From IMG/VR virus record IMGVR_UViG_3300026521_000527, positions 1-64,000 of that record: DNA of 64,000 nucleotides; one strand, written 5' to 3'. The stretch comes from a virus. Position numbers and translations under genes: made by a program. A model generated the notes under the pieces. That model was not told the DNA's origin. It made no database searches and saw nothing but the letters and a program-made list of their open reading frames with translations. How positions within the stretch are numbered: position 1 is the first letter of the stretch; every line of letters begins with the position of its first letter. Positions 49,136 through 58,863 of the stretch are shown in pieces.

Positions 49136-49626
49136 TGAAATGTCCGAATGATGCTTTGCTAAAAACTTATAAATTATTTCCAAGATTACATGAGTTTAAT
49201 TATATGAGAGATAAATATTTTATTTATGTTTATCTTAATCCTTTTAAAGAATACAGTACCTCCTATAAATTCAAGGTAAAGGATATTAACTTCTGTTCAG
49301 CATTTGAGCCAATTTATGTGGGTAAAGGGACTAATGGGAATGGTTATAGACACAACCAACATATAAGTGCATTTTTAAATAATAAAGAAAATAACAGTAT
49401 CAAAATAAATATGTTTAAAAACATTGAAAAAGAGATGCAGAAAGCGAAAGAATTAAAACTTGTAAATAAGCCGTGGAATTGGCAAGAATATCAGAAGAGT
49501 TGGGTATTCGTAGTTAGATCATTGAATTCTCAAGAAGAACTTAAACAATTTGAGATGGCAATGATTAATGAAATAGGTACTCGTTGGGATGCAACAGGAC
49601 CTCTAGTAAATAAAATTAAAAATTAA
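49132..49626 (+). CDS. GIY-YIG-family nuclease (LEM-3-like), catalytic domain only
   Basis: YFIYVYLNP..PIYVGKG..R..H..FEMAMI..GPLVN. Confidence 0.7.
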   Translation: MMKCPNDALLKTYKLFPRLHEFNYMRDKYFIYVYLNPFKEYSTSYKFKVKDINFCSAFEPIYVGKGTNGNGYRHNQHISAFLNNKENNSIKINMFKNIEKEMQKAKELKLVNKPWNWQEYQKSWVFVVRSLNSQEELKQFEMAMINEIGTRWDATGPLVNKIKN

Positions 49627-49633
49627 AAATTAA

Positions 49634-49661
49634 AAACTATCTTGGCTAACCAAGATAGTTT
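49634..49661. terminator. bidirectional terminator between convergent blocks
   Basis: aaactatcttgg-ctaa-ccaagatagttt. Confidence 0.65.
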
Positions 49662-50041
49662 GATCTAATAAATTCCCATTCATTTAAAGAAATTATCTCC
49701 CTAAGAATAAGTCCATCCTTAAAAACAATCTCTAGATGAATTTCATCTATCTCCCCATTATAAACCTTTTTATCATTTATAAATAAAATCTCATTAAGAT
49801 TAATAAAATAATTATTTAGACTAAATAAACTATACTCATGAAATAATTTAAAAGTGCTGTAGTTATTTTTAAATCTCACTGGTTGGTGTTTAGTGCTGCT
49901 TTTATATTTCCAAAATAATTCAGTCTCTATAAACTTAGCACCTCGGTTAATGATTTTCAAATAAGAAATATTATTAAAATTCAAACGAGTACCTCCGAAA
50001 GAGGTACTCAAACCAGTCTTAACTCTATTAAATGTTTTCAT
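49646..50041 (-). CDS. hypothetical protein (131 aa; weak LytTR-like resemblance)
   Basis: ORF with RBS; YFINLNEILFIN. Confidence 0.4.
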   Translation of the reverse strand: MKTFNRVKTGLSTSFGGTRLNFNNISYLKIINRGAKFIETELFWKYKSSTKHQPVRFKNNYSTFKLFHEYSLFSLNNYFINLNEILFINDKKVYNGEIDEIHLEIVFKDGLILREIISLNEWEFIRSNYLG

Positions 50042-50055
50042 TAATTACCTTCATC

Positions 50056-51471
50056 TTATTTAAGGGTTTTCTTCATAAGGACTATAAATTTCTCCATAAA
50101 ATTAAGGTATTCATCAAATGACAATTGTAATGAATTATAATTATCATCAAGATAATGATTTATATTTAATTTTAACATCAAGTCTTTCGACATCGCCTCG
50201 AAAATCTCATCAACAATTTCCCTATCCCTAAAATGTTCGTAAAAATATCTCCATAAATGTTTATTTAATAATTCTTTTATGATAACTCTATTCTTTTTAG
50301 CATTAACTCTTTTAAAGAAATTACTATTTACTTTATGATATCTACTTTCCTTAAGAACAGCATTATTTGTAAATTTTAAACTAGTGCTGTAAAAATACAT
50401 ATGATCGACAAATGGCATATTATCTCTATATGAAGCAAATACGTCGAAATAATTTGGTTCGAAAAAATGCTGAGTATAATCATCATCAAGTAATGAAAAA
50501 TCTCTTTTTATTAATTTCTTATTTTTCATTATATGTGAAAATACTAATGAGTTTATAATAAACTTTTTAGGATCTGTTTGAGTTCCATGATCAAATAAGA
50601 GATCGAAATTTTCATGGAAAAGACCTTCAAGTTGTTTAAAATAACCTATCTTCACCTTAGTTAGATTTGTCGCATAAAAACTAAAAAGATTTTTATGAAT
50701 TAATGTTATATAACTACTAAAGATTGCTCTCAGAGTAAATGGATTTTTATTTCTAACAGCGACTAACATTATATATTTAAGAATTTTCTCGACAATAAAA
50801 TCTGGTGTTATCATTAACACATCATAATAAAATTCTCCAATTTTAGTTTTACTATTATATTTCATTAACCACTGTTCAATTAATGATTTGATAGTTAAAG
50901 TAAACTTAGTTAATTCTTCTTTATAAGCAATCAAATCATAAATCTCTCTGATGAAAATTTCAGCTGGATTTTTAGAACCATTAATATTTTTAATACCATT
51001 CTTTTCAAGATACGGCTTGGCAACCTGATCAATAACTTTAAGGAAATAATGATAACTAACTAAAGTCATTCTTTGAACGCCAGTTTCAAACATTGTTAAC
51101 GGAATTGGATCCATGATGTTATCAATAATTGCTTTGAATCTTTCTGCTTCCATCTCCCCCTTTGTGTCCAAAAGAAACTTATGTTCTGTTTTAACATTTT
51201 CATTAATTATTTTAGATACAACTAAACTAAACTCATCAAATAATTCAGCACCAAATTGAGGAATATAATTTTTTTTAGAAGCTTTAAGATTTTTGGAGAC
51301 TAAATTCCAGTCAATAATTTCTTCAAATTTATTATATAACCACGATTGAACTCGAGCATCTATGTTATATTTTTCGAGGTATGCTTCACATACCTCTTCA
51401 ATATCTTTATAATCATATTTTAACTTTACTTCTCGTGATGTGCTTAAATCTTTGCGGACTAACTTCATCAA
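50056..51471 (-). CDS. hypothetical protein (471 aa)
   Basis: Long ORF, GAGGAG RBS. Confidence 0.55.
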   Translation of the reverse strand: MMKLVRKDLSTSREVKLKYDYKDIEEVCEAYLEKYNIDARVQSWLYNKFEEIIDWNLVSKNLKASKKNYIPQFGAELFDEFSLVVSKIINENVKTEHKFLLDTKGEMEAERFKAIIDNIMDPIPLTMFETGVQRMTLVSYHYFLKVIDQVAKPYLEKNGIKNINGSKNPAEIFIREIYDLIAYKEELTKFTLTIKSLIEQWLMKYNSKTKIGEFYYDVLMITPDFIVEKILKYIMLVAVRNKNPFTLRAIFSSYITLIHKNLFSFYATNLTKVKIGYFKQLEGLFHENFDLLFDHGTQTDPKKFIINSLVFSHIMKNKKLIKRDFSLLDDDYTQHFFEPNYFDVFASYRDNMPFVDHMYFYSTSLKFTNNAVLKESRYHKVNSNFFKRVNAKKNRVIIKELLNKHLWRYFYEHFRDREIVDEIFEAMSKDLMLKLNINHYLDDNYNSLQLSFDEYLNFMEKFIVLMKKTLK

Positions 51472-51947
51472 TTCTCCTCTGAGTCAAAATGATCCCAAGG
51501 AAATACGACCCATAAATTTTTATTGACCGATTTTCCAAAAATAATATCGGCTTGTGGTTTTTTATTATACGCAGCACACATAATTATATTTTGATTATCA
51601 GTTACTTGATCTTCCAGAAGAGTTCTAATAGACTCAAGTGTATCACCAGTATCATAAATATCATCAACTACAATAATATTCTTAAATTGATTAAAATCAA
51701 GATTGGGTAATTTTATAGACAATTCTCCTTTTTTAGTACCCGAATAGCTTTGAGCAGATACTAAGTCAATATTTCTATTATTAAAAATATAACTTAAAAT
51801 CTGTGCGCTATATAAACCACCTCTAGCGACTGCCAAAATCAAGGTTTCATCCGGGTCACAAATACCATCGTAAGATTCTAAAATTGTATTAGCTATCTTT
51901 TCGGTACTGTCTTCAATTCCTTTATTTGAGATATAATATTTAGTCAT
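51468..51947 (-). CDS. type I phosphoribosyltransferase (xanthine/hypoxanthine-guanine PRT-like)
   Basis: LAVARGG, PRPP-binding loop VVDDIYDTGDTL, C-terminal WVVFPWD; start moved to MTKYY after GGAGG. Confidence 0.85.
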   Translation of the reverse strand: MTKYYISNKGIEDSTEKIANTILESYDGICDPDETLILAVARGGLYSAQILSYIFNNRNIDLVSAQSYSGTKKGELSIKLPNLDFNQFKNIIVVDDIYDTGDTLESIRTLLEDQVTDNQNIIMCAAYNKKPQADIIFGKSVNKNLWVVFPWDHFDSEEN

Positions 51948-52377
51948 TATCAGCCTCCGTTCTTTCCGGAAATTTATATTTAAATACAGGAAATCCATTT
52001 TCTTTTAAGATATCTTGAATGCTTTCACTGACCTCATACATATCACCACCTGGAATATAATCCGGATCTACTGATTGAATAATTCCTTTTTTCGCAGTAG
52101 TTAATCGAATAATATATTTTTTCTCAGTATCAAGGATTAGGTAATTTTTAACTTCAGTATTATTTTTATAGAATTCTTCTGCTTCTTCTGATGTATTAAC
52201 CTCATCAGGTTTTCTAAGAACCTCAATGGATATTAGATTACTCTCTCCGAACATTTTTTGAATCTCTTCTTTTTGCTGTTCGATTTCTAAGTCGCTAATT
52301 AAATCATCTGTTGTTTTTATGCTACCTGATTTATCCACTGGGTTGTTTAGTACTTTTAACTCTGCTGTTTTTTCCAT
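51940..52377 (-). CDS. hypothetical protein (145 aa)
   Basis: AAGGA RBS; overlaps the PRTase start. Confidence 0.55.
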   Translation of the reverse strand: MEKTAELKVLNNPVDKSGSIKTTDDLISDLEIEQQKEEIQKMFGESNLISIEVLRKPDEVNTSEEAEEFYKNNTEVKNYLILDTEKKYIIRLTTAKKGIIQSVDPDYIPGGDMYEVSESIQDILKENGFPVFKYKFPERTEADND

Positions 52378-52421
52378 TTAAATATCCTTTAATATTTTAT
52401 AAGCTCATAAAAGCTTCGTAA

Positions 52422-53222
52422 TTAATTCTTTATATCGTGTTCCCAAACCAACTTAAAGTTTTCTTTATCAATATGTATTTTATTTATCAAATCACTGAGT
52501 TCAATTAAATAATCTTCTATTTTATTTGATTGAGGTCTTGAATTAGATATTAAATAACATTCAAAATACGGATCATCTGAATTTGGAATAATTAAAAATA
52601 TTTTCCAGAGCGCTGATGGAATATTTACCCGAACTTTATTTTTAATAAACTTATCACTTCTCAAGACTCCGGTAACTACATAAATTTTTTTATTAATTAA
52701 GGCGAGTTTTCTTTCGTATTTTTCAAGCTTTGACCACAATCCTCTATTTAAATTCTCTTCTTGTGGGACACATGCGTTTATTACATAAACCTCATCTGCT
52801 GCCTCAATATTTATATCAACACTACTTGATGCCGGCAAATGTCCAGCATCAAAACCATCATAAGAATATTCTTTGTATGATGGTCTATACTCCCTCGGAA
52901 TTCTTTTATCAGTTCTTAGATACTGTCTTTTATATTTCTCAACCAAAATGTCCGCTGAATCTAATGAATAAATCACAAAATCAGGCGTGTTGTAATAATA
53001 ATTATAACACTCCTGATATTTTATATTTATTAAAACTTGATTACAATCGTCTTTTATATAAAATCCAGTTGGTTTATGGGGAGCCAAATAAGACTCAACT
53101 TGATCGGGAACTTTTAAAGTATCTGCCCACCCAAATACAGAATTCAAAAATATTAGCAAAAAAAATAATTTAATCTTGGCTCGAGCCAAGATTAAATTAT
53201 TAAACTTCATGAATTTAAACAT
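52422..53222 (-). CDS. DNA/RNA non-specific endonuclease (NucA/EndoG family) with signal peptide
   Basis: DAGH (DRGH-like) active site, N..PQ..LNRGLWSKLE, IPSALWKI; N-terminal K/R residues, then LFFLLIFLNSVFGWA. Confidence 0.85.
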   Translation of the reverse strand: MFKFMKFNNLILARAKIKLFFLLIFLNSVFGWADTLKVPDQVESYLAPHKPTGFYIKDDCNQVLINIKYQECYNYYYNTPDFVIYSLDSADILVEKYKRQYLRTDKRIPREYRPSYKEYSYDGFDAGHLPASSSVDINIEAADEVYVINACVPQEENLNRGLWSKLEKYERKLALINKKIYVVTGVLRSDKFIKNKVRVNIPSALWKIFLIIPNSDDPYFECYLISNSRPQSNKIEDYLIELSDLINKIHIDKENFKLVWEHDIKN

Positions 53223-53238
53223 TATTTATCCAACCTTT

Positions 53239-55155
53239 TTATTTTTTAATAATTCCAATTCCAAGACAATGGGGACATTCCTGAATACCAATATCCTCCT
53301 GTAAACCATAAACTTTTGATTCAAACAATCTAACTGAATTTTGTGCTGTGTCCTTTAATTGATATAATATTTTATAATTCAGAATTGTATTTATATTATT
53401 GAGTATTTTATCTTTCGAATTAAATATCTCAAAAGAGTTCCGAAGAACTCTTTTCTCTTTTAATAAATTTCGGAATAATTTTATTAAAAGAATATTTCTC
53501 TGAATTGAGTTCTTTTGAACTCTTTTATTGTAAATTTTTATATTTATATTAGTATTGATATAAAAGTTAAGAATCCAATAATTATAAATTAATTTCTGTC
53601 TAAGTTGATTCTTTTTAATGTTGTGGTCTATTTTATCGATGCTGTTTTGATATACTCTTATCGAAGTCGATAATATCAAATGCCATAAAAGATAATTAAT
53701 TTTATTTAATATCTTTTCAGTTCTTTGGGACTCAAATAATTTATTTCTTTCAATATCTAGAATAGAATTACTATCTTGAAATTCTCTTATTAGATAATAA
53801 CTCTTTAATATTTTTAGCTTTTTAATTTCTAGTTGAGTTTGAGTTATTTTTGACTCAATTAAAATAATTTCTTCTTGAAATTGCTTATGTTTTTGATTCA
53901 TATCAATTAATGAATCTTTTATCTGGGCGACAGCCAGTGCAATATTTTCAGTATTGAATAAAAAAGAAAATATTTTTTCAGAATCAGTTGTTTTGGAACC
54001 TATTAAAAATAAACCATCGTATTGATTAGTATATGCAATTCTTTCTGTCTGTTCTTTTAACGCTCCTTTAAAATTTTTATATAGGTTTTTTACATCAATA
54101 TATTTGAAACCTATTTCTTCAACTGCTTCTTTTAATTTATCTGCGGCAAGATTTTTACCATAATAAGCTTCACCGTTGATAATAAATTGAACTTTTTTTC
54201 CTTTATAAAGTAATCCAATTTCTTTATGTTCTTTACCTTGCTCCTCTTCTTCTAATGTTGGTATATACCCAAAAGTAATTTCAGTTTCTAGATTTCGACC
54301 ACCTGGATTTAATCGAGGATAGTTATTAACATTAAAATTATTAAAAAGAATAGATTCAATTGCACGAAGCGAAGCACTTTTACCACTATTATTAGGCCCT
54401 CTGATAACAGTAAACCCACTATATACAAAATGTTGTTGTTTTATACTTTGAAAATTTTTGATACTGTTATAAAAGAATCCACTTTCTGGGAGTTCACCTT
54501 CTTGATTAACTATTTCTAAAGTAGGTATTCCATCTTTATCTGGAGTTGCTTGAACTTCATAAACAAGATGTGCATCAAAATCCAACTCTTCAGTTTGTGA
54601 GACAACAACTAAAGTGAATCCATAGGTATCACAAAATTTTCTAAGAAAACTACTCAATCTAATTCTATATTGTGGACTAACTTGACTGAGACTTTCATCA
54701 AAAATATAGAATTTATTTTGGCTGTATAAATAGCCTATTAGTATTTTGAAAAATAAACTTGCGATTGAAAGCACTCCACCACCATTACTCGCAGTTAGCT
54801 CATCGTTTTTTGCAATCTCAATCCCATTCTGATAAAAAATTATATCGTACTTTTGGGTTCCAGAAGCACTCTTTCCTCTTTGAATTCTGGGTTTTATATC
54901 TAATTTATAGTCAGCTTCGAAAACATCAACTAGAGCTGAATTTACAACTTTAAGAATAAAATCTTTCCTTTTTTCAAGCTTATGATTTTTTAATAATTCA
55001 AGAAGTACTTTTGCTTCAGTATGATGTTTAATTCTAACTTCGAGTGCTGCAGCACTCGAAGTTAGATTATTTTTTTCATGTTCAAGATGAATTAAATTAT
55101 CCTCTTGAACTCTGAGTTTAATATGAGTCTCATTGTAATTTGAAGTCAAATCCAT
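53239..55155 (-). CDS. sbcC: SbcC/Rad50/gp46-like ATPase, circularly permuted
   Basis: Signature SNGGG (aa 123), Walker B YIFDES (aa 150), Walker A GPNNSGKS (aa 253), C-terminal CPHC (aa 627); adjacent to SbcD. Confidence 0.85.
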   Translation of the reverse strand: MDLTSNYNETHIKLRVQEDNLIHLEHEKNNLTSSAAALEVRIKHHTEAKVLLELLKNHKLEKRKDFILKVVNSALVDVFEADYKLDIKPRIQRGKSASGTQKYDIIFYQNGIEIAKNDELTASNGGGVLSIASLFFKILIGYLYSQNKFYIFDESLSQVSPQYRIRLSSFLRKFCDTYGFTLVVVSQTEELDFDAHLVYEVQATPDKDGIPTLEIVNQEGELPESGFFYNSIKNFQSIKQQHFVYSGFTVIRGPNNSGKSASLRAIESILFNNFNVNNYPRLNPGGRNLETEITFGYIPTLEEEEQGKEHKEIGLLYKGKKVQFIINGEAYYGKNLAADKLKEAVEEIGFKYIDVKNLYKNFKGALKEQTERIAYTNQYDGLFLIGSKTTDSEKIFSFLFNTENIALAVAQIKDSLIDMNQKHKQFQEEIILIESKITQTQLEIKKLKILKSYYLIREFQDSNSILDIERNKLFESQRTEKILNKINYLLWHLILSTSIRVYQNSIDKIDHNIKKNQLRQKLIYNYWILNFYINTNINIKIYNKRVQKNSIQRNILLIKLFRNLLKEKRVLRNSFEIFNSKDKILNNINTILNYKILYQLKDTAQNSVRLFESKVYGLQEDIGIQECPHCLGIGIIKK

Positions 55156-55469
55156 TACTTATTTTCCTTTAAAATATTCAAAGATAGATAAGTTTGGCAG
55201 GTAATTGCTTCTTTTAATGTACTAAAATCAAAAGTAATTAACTCCATTTTATCAGTTACATGAAATCTCAATTTCTTAATACTTATATCAGTCAGTAAAC
55301 TAACTGACCATAAATCTGGATGTTCTTTTCGTAATCCAATCATCTCAATATAATTTGACTGTAAATTTATACTAACACCAGAAGGAAATGTTACAAAAAT
55401 ATCTTCCTTTTCATTACCCTTACCAAGACCTCGACTGAAAATATAATCCCCAACATGCAATTCTTTCAT
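55155..55469 (-). CDS. hypothetical protein (104 aa) between sbcD and sbcC
   Basis: Overlaps both neighbours; RBS. Confidence 0.55.
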   Translation of the reverse strand: MKELHVGDYIFSRGLGKGNEKEDIFVTFPSGVSINLQSNYIEMIGLRKEHPDLWSVSLLTDISIKKLRFHVTDKMELITFDFSTLKEAITCQTYLSLNILKENK

Positions 55470-56521
55470 TCTAAATACTCCTTAGCTATCTGTAAAGCTT
55501 CATTTGAAATATTATGCTGATGCATAAATTTTTCTAATGTACTTAAATCATCTACTTCTACAAGATCCTCATCTAATGTAACTTCTTCAAAAAATTTAAA
55601 TTCTGTTTTTCCAATTTCTTGTAATAAGTTTATAACATCAATATTAAAAGCTTCACTGAATGGTTTAACTTTTAAAGGAATTGTTTTTGATAGTACTTGA
55701 AAATCATCAGAAGAATCTTCTGGTGCCTCCGATATACTAAAAACACAAAATTCTGGAATATGTTCATCCATTTTTGCAGCATAGTCTCGTGCAACTCTTG
55801 TTAAATTCCAAGGGTTGCAAAAAATAGTTCCTGATGTTTCAAATATAGATCCAAGTTGTGACTGAATATGATAATGTCCACAATTAAATAAATCTACATT
55901 GTATTGTGATAACTCCCCATAAGTGAAATCAGTTAATCTTTCAATATCCGAAGTTATATTTGAGTGTAATGTAACTACTTTAAAAGTTTTTTTATCAGGG
56001 ATAAAATCCATCTCAATTGATTTTAGCTGATTAATTATTTTTGATTTATCCTCACTGTAATCAATACCATAGAAAATTATATTTTTTCCCAAGGCAATAT
56101 CAAATACTTTTTTATTTCCTGCACCGATATATGTAATTAACCCACTTTCCACACAATCTTCAAAAAATGTTTCCTTGATAGTCTCATGACCGTCGAAATA
56201 ATCATGATTTCCTAAAATGGAAAATACTTCTATGCCTGCGTCATTAAACTTACGAAGACGTTTTTTATTCTGGAGCCCTTGGCTTAAACTCCAGTCTTTC
56301 TTTCGCGATTTCTCAAATATATCACCCGTAAATATAATTTTATTAATATTATTTTCCAGACAATAATTTATAATCTGATCAATTTTATCATCGATATCGA
56401 TTTCCCATTTTGATTTACGGATTCTATTTTTGAAGCCGAACATAAAATGAGGATCTTTAATTACAATGAAATCAAATGTGTCTGATGAGATCATTTGATC
56501 GGATGAATTTTCATAAATCAT
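55466..56521 (-). CDS. sbcD: SbcD/Mre11/gp47-like metallophosphoesterase nuclease
   Basis: DPH, GDIFE, GNHD, LH and GHYH metallophosphoesterase motifs. Confidence 0.9.
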   Translation of the reverse strand: MIYENSSDQMISSDTFDFIVIKDPHFMFGFKNRIRKSKWEIDIDDKIDQIINYCLENNINKIIFTGDIFEKSRKKDWSLSQGLQNKKRLRKFNDAGIEVFSILGNHDYFDGHETIKETFFEDCVESGLITYIGAGNKKVFDIALGKNIIFYGIDYSEDKSKIINQLKSIEMDFIPDKKTFKVVTLHSNITSDIERLTDFTYGELSQYNVDLFNCGHYHIQSQLGSIFETSGTIFCNPWNLTRVARDYAAKMDEHIPEFCVFSISEAPEDSSDDFQVLSKTIPLKVKPFSEAFNIDVINLLQEIGKTEFKFFEEVTLDEDLVEVDDLSTLEKFMHQHNISNEALQIAKEYLE

Positions 56522-56607
56522 AGTTTTCCTTTTGAATTCAATAGCAGTAATCTGCTTATGTTATAGTTTATATTATAGTAAAAATAAACTCTAAATAAAA
56601 ACTAAAT

Positions 56608-56636
56608 AAAAAAAAAAGGGGGGGGGCATATGCCCC
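56608..56636 (-). terminator. terminator containing a G9 and an A10 homopolymer
   Basis: Minus strand ggggc-atat-gcccc followed by C5 and T10. Confidence 0.65.
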
Positions 56637-57346
56637 TATAAATAAAATTCATCCGATTCTAAGAAACTAAAATTTTGACTTATTAACACATCGTTATCAA
56701 TATCAATAAATTTTTCTAGAATTCTTTTTCTAAAACCTATTCGATTTGATTTATTATTTAGATTCATAATAATTTTTAGAACCTTTTTTCGACAAGTCTT
56801 TTTTTTTATAGGTTTAAAGTACCCATCATGCAAAAGATTATCAAAAACATGTTTATTAAAAACATGAGTTGTTATGCGCTGCCGATAACCCATATGTTTA
56901 ACCATCCAATCACCTTCAGTCCTAAAATATTCCAATTCGACGTCAAAATATAATGCTTTTGAATTAAATAAACGGTCAATGAACTTCTCTATACTACCAT
57001 TATAGTCATATATCTCGGTGTCATAATATAAATTAAAAAGGTACTTATAAAGTATATCTGCCCTAAAGATTATATTATGATTTTCTAAATCACTTACTGT
57101 TTTAAGTTTATGAATTAATGATACCCCATCCTGATAAGCATCATCAAATTCTTCTAGAGTACTTTCAATTTCTTTAATATCATCTTTTGATATTTTACAA
57201 GTAATTTTATATTTTTTATCAATAAAAAAAATTAGATGTGCTCTTGGCAAATAATTCATTAGTTTATGTTTTTTTATGGTTTCCAATAACCCAAATCTTT
57301 CAGCGACCAGTTCAAATAAATTTACTTTAATTTTCATAAGTTTCAT
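56636..57346 (-). CDS. hypothetical protein (236 aa)
   Basis: GGAG RBS; no motif recognised. Confidence 0.55.
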   Translation of the reverse strand: MKLMKIKVNLFELVAERFGLLETIKKHKLMNYLPRAHLIFFIDKKYKITCKISKDDIKEIESTLEEFDDAYQDGVSLIHKLKTVSDLENHNIIFRADILYKYLFNLYYDTEIYDYNGSIEKFIDRLFNSKALYFDVELEYFRTEGDWMVKHMGYRQRITTHVFNKHVFDNLLHDGYFKPIKKKTCRKKVLKIIMNLNNKSNRIGFRKRILEKFIDIDNDVLISQNFSFLESDEFYL

Positions 57347-57359
57347 TTTACACTCCAGT

Positions 57360-57386
57360 CGATCGGTGAGGTATCCTCACCGATCG
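57360..57386. terminator. 12-bp-arm hairpin after the JAB gene
   Basis: cgatcggtgagg-tat-cctcaccgatcg; the T-tract lies on the + side. Confidence 0.55.
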
Positions 57387-57394
57387 TTTATTTT

Positions 57395-58843
57395 TTAACC
57401 AAAAAGGGAACCCATTACTTTCCCAAGCCCAGTTAAACCATCATTTTCTGATTTTTTTGCATCAACATCAGTTGCATCAGTTGCATCATATATTTCAATA
57501 GAATCTTTGTCACTTGATATCAAACATGAATTTACTTGATTGATATCATAATCAAGTGTTCTCATTACGGATCTGATCTGTGGATCAGTGTAATGTTTAT
57601 ATTTTAACGCTTTAACGAAAGCTGCAGTATCTTCAGGGGTTGCACTTCCATCCACCCCAAATTTTTTAGGATCTAGTCCCAAAATATTCAGTTGTCTTTT
57701 CGCCTGCTGTTCTTTAAAAACAGGTCGTGTTGTTTGTGACAATTGAGTAGATTCATTGATTCCATCATAGATATCATCATAACCATCATAATCATATCCA
57801 GTATATATATTCCCTTTCCCAACACCACCTGAATATCTTGATGTATAATTGTAAGTTCTAGCCTTTATAAGATTCGGATCCATTATAAGGATCGGTTCAT
57901 ACTCACTGACCGTTAAAAATTCACTCAGTACTCTTTGAAGCTGCCCTTTTACAAAATCAACATCTTGTACTGGACAGTGTTTTGATTCCAGAACTCTAAA
58001 GTCAAAAATATTTTTAGCTTCCTCATTAACACCAGATTCATTGGAATCTGGTGTTCTAAAGAACTCATCGTACATTTTGATAACGGGAACATTTTCATCA
58101 ACCTCAGCGTCTTGTACAATAAAAGTCATTGTAGGCATTTCTGTATATGTACCATCAATACCACCATCTTCAAGTAAATTTACATTAACAACTTGTGTTT
58201 CTGTAACAACTATTTTAGTTGGTGTGTTAGTGCTAGGAATATACATAACACTATCTGTTTGTATTTTATCCTCTGCTACAGCGTTTCTAAAGATCACACC
58301 AGGATTCTCTGCTTTATTATCTCTATCAATTGTACTGAATCCAAAATCACCTGGATGTCTATGAATTGAACCCATCTCAAGTTCACGGGCTTCTAGTTCG
58401 AAGCCCCTTTCGATAAACTCTTCTTTTGGAAAAGCCTCTGCAAATTTTGCAACAAGTTGATCAGAAACAGGAATCAGTTGGTTTGAGATCTCACTAACTT
58501 CATCCAATGAAAAACTTACACTTGCTGTTGTAACTTCTTGAGAGAAGTTAAAGAACACAGTAGGTATTGTAAATACCATTCTTTGTCCTGTTTCCTGATG
58601 TTTAAATATCAGCTGAAGTCCTCTATAATGGACTTGATATTCTGCACCACCAGCTGCTGGTAAACCAAGGTCACGAACTTGGTTTAAAAGTTTTTGACTA
58701 TAAAGTACAACATTTAAAGTACTATTGCTTTTTCTTGTACTCGGTGTTTTTTTAACTCCAAAATAACTACCTACTTTTTTACCTATTCCCCATTTAGCCA
58801 TATTTTTTCCTTTATTTTTTTTTGATTTTTTTCTTTTTGCCAT
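57395..58843 (-). CDS. JAB/JAMM-like metalloprotease (482 aa)
   Basis: E68 (GAEYQV) and H161-R-H163-PGDFGF-S170-TI-D173; one residue shorter than canonical HxH-x7-S-x2-D. Confidence 0.75.
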   Translation of the reverse strand: MAKRKKSKKNKGKNMAKWGIGKKVGSYFGVKKTPSTRKSNSTLNVVLYSQKLLNQVRDLGLPAAGGAEYQVHYRGLQLIFKHQETGQRMVFTIPTVFFNFSQEVTTASVSFSLDEVSEISNQLIPVSDQLVAKFAEAFPKEEFIERGFELEARELEMGSIHRHPGDFGFSTIDRDNKAENPGVIFRNAVAEDKIQTDSVMYIPSTNTPTKIVVTETQVVNVNLLEDGGIDGTYTEMPTMTFIVQDAEVDENVPVIKMYDEFFRTPDSNESGVNEEAKNIFDFRVLESKHCPVQDVDFVKGQLQRVLSEFLTVSEYEPILIMDPNLIKARTYNYTSRYSGGVGKGNIYTGYDYDGYDDIYDGINESTQLSQTTRPVFKEQQAKRQLNILGLDPKKFGVDGSATPEDTAAFVKALKYKHYTDPQIRSVMRTLDYDINQVNSCLISSDKDSIEIYDATDATDVDAKKSENDGLTGLGKVMGSLFG

Positions 58844-58863
58844 TTTTAGAATTCCTCTTTATA

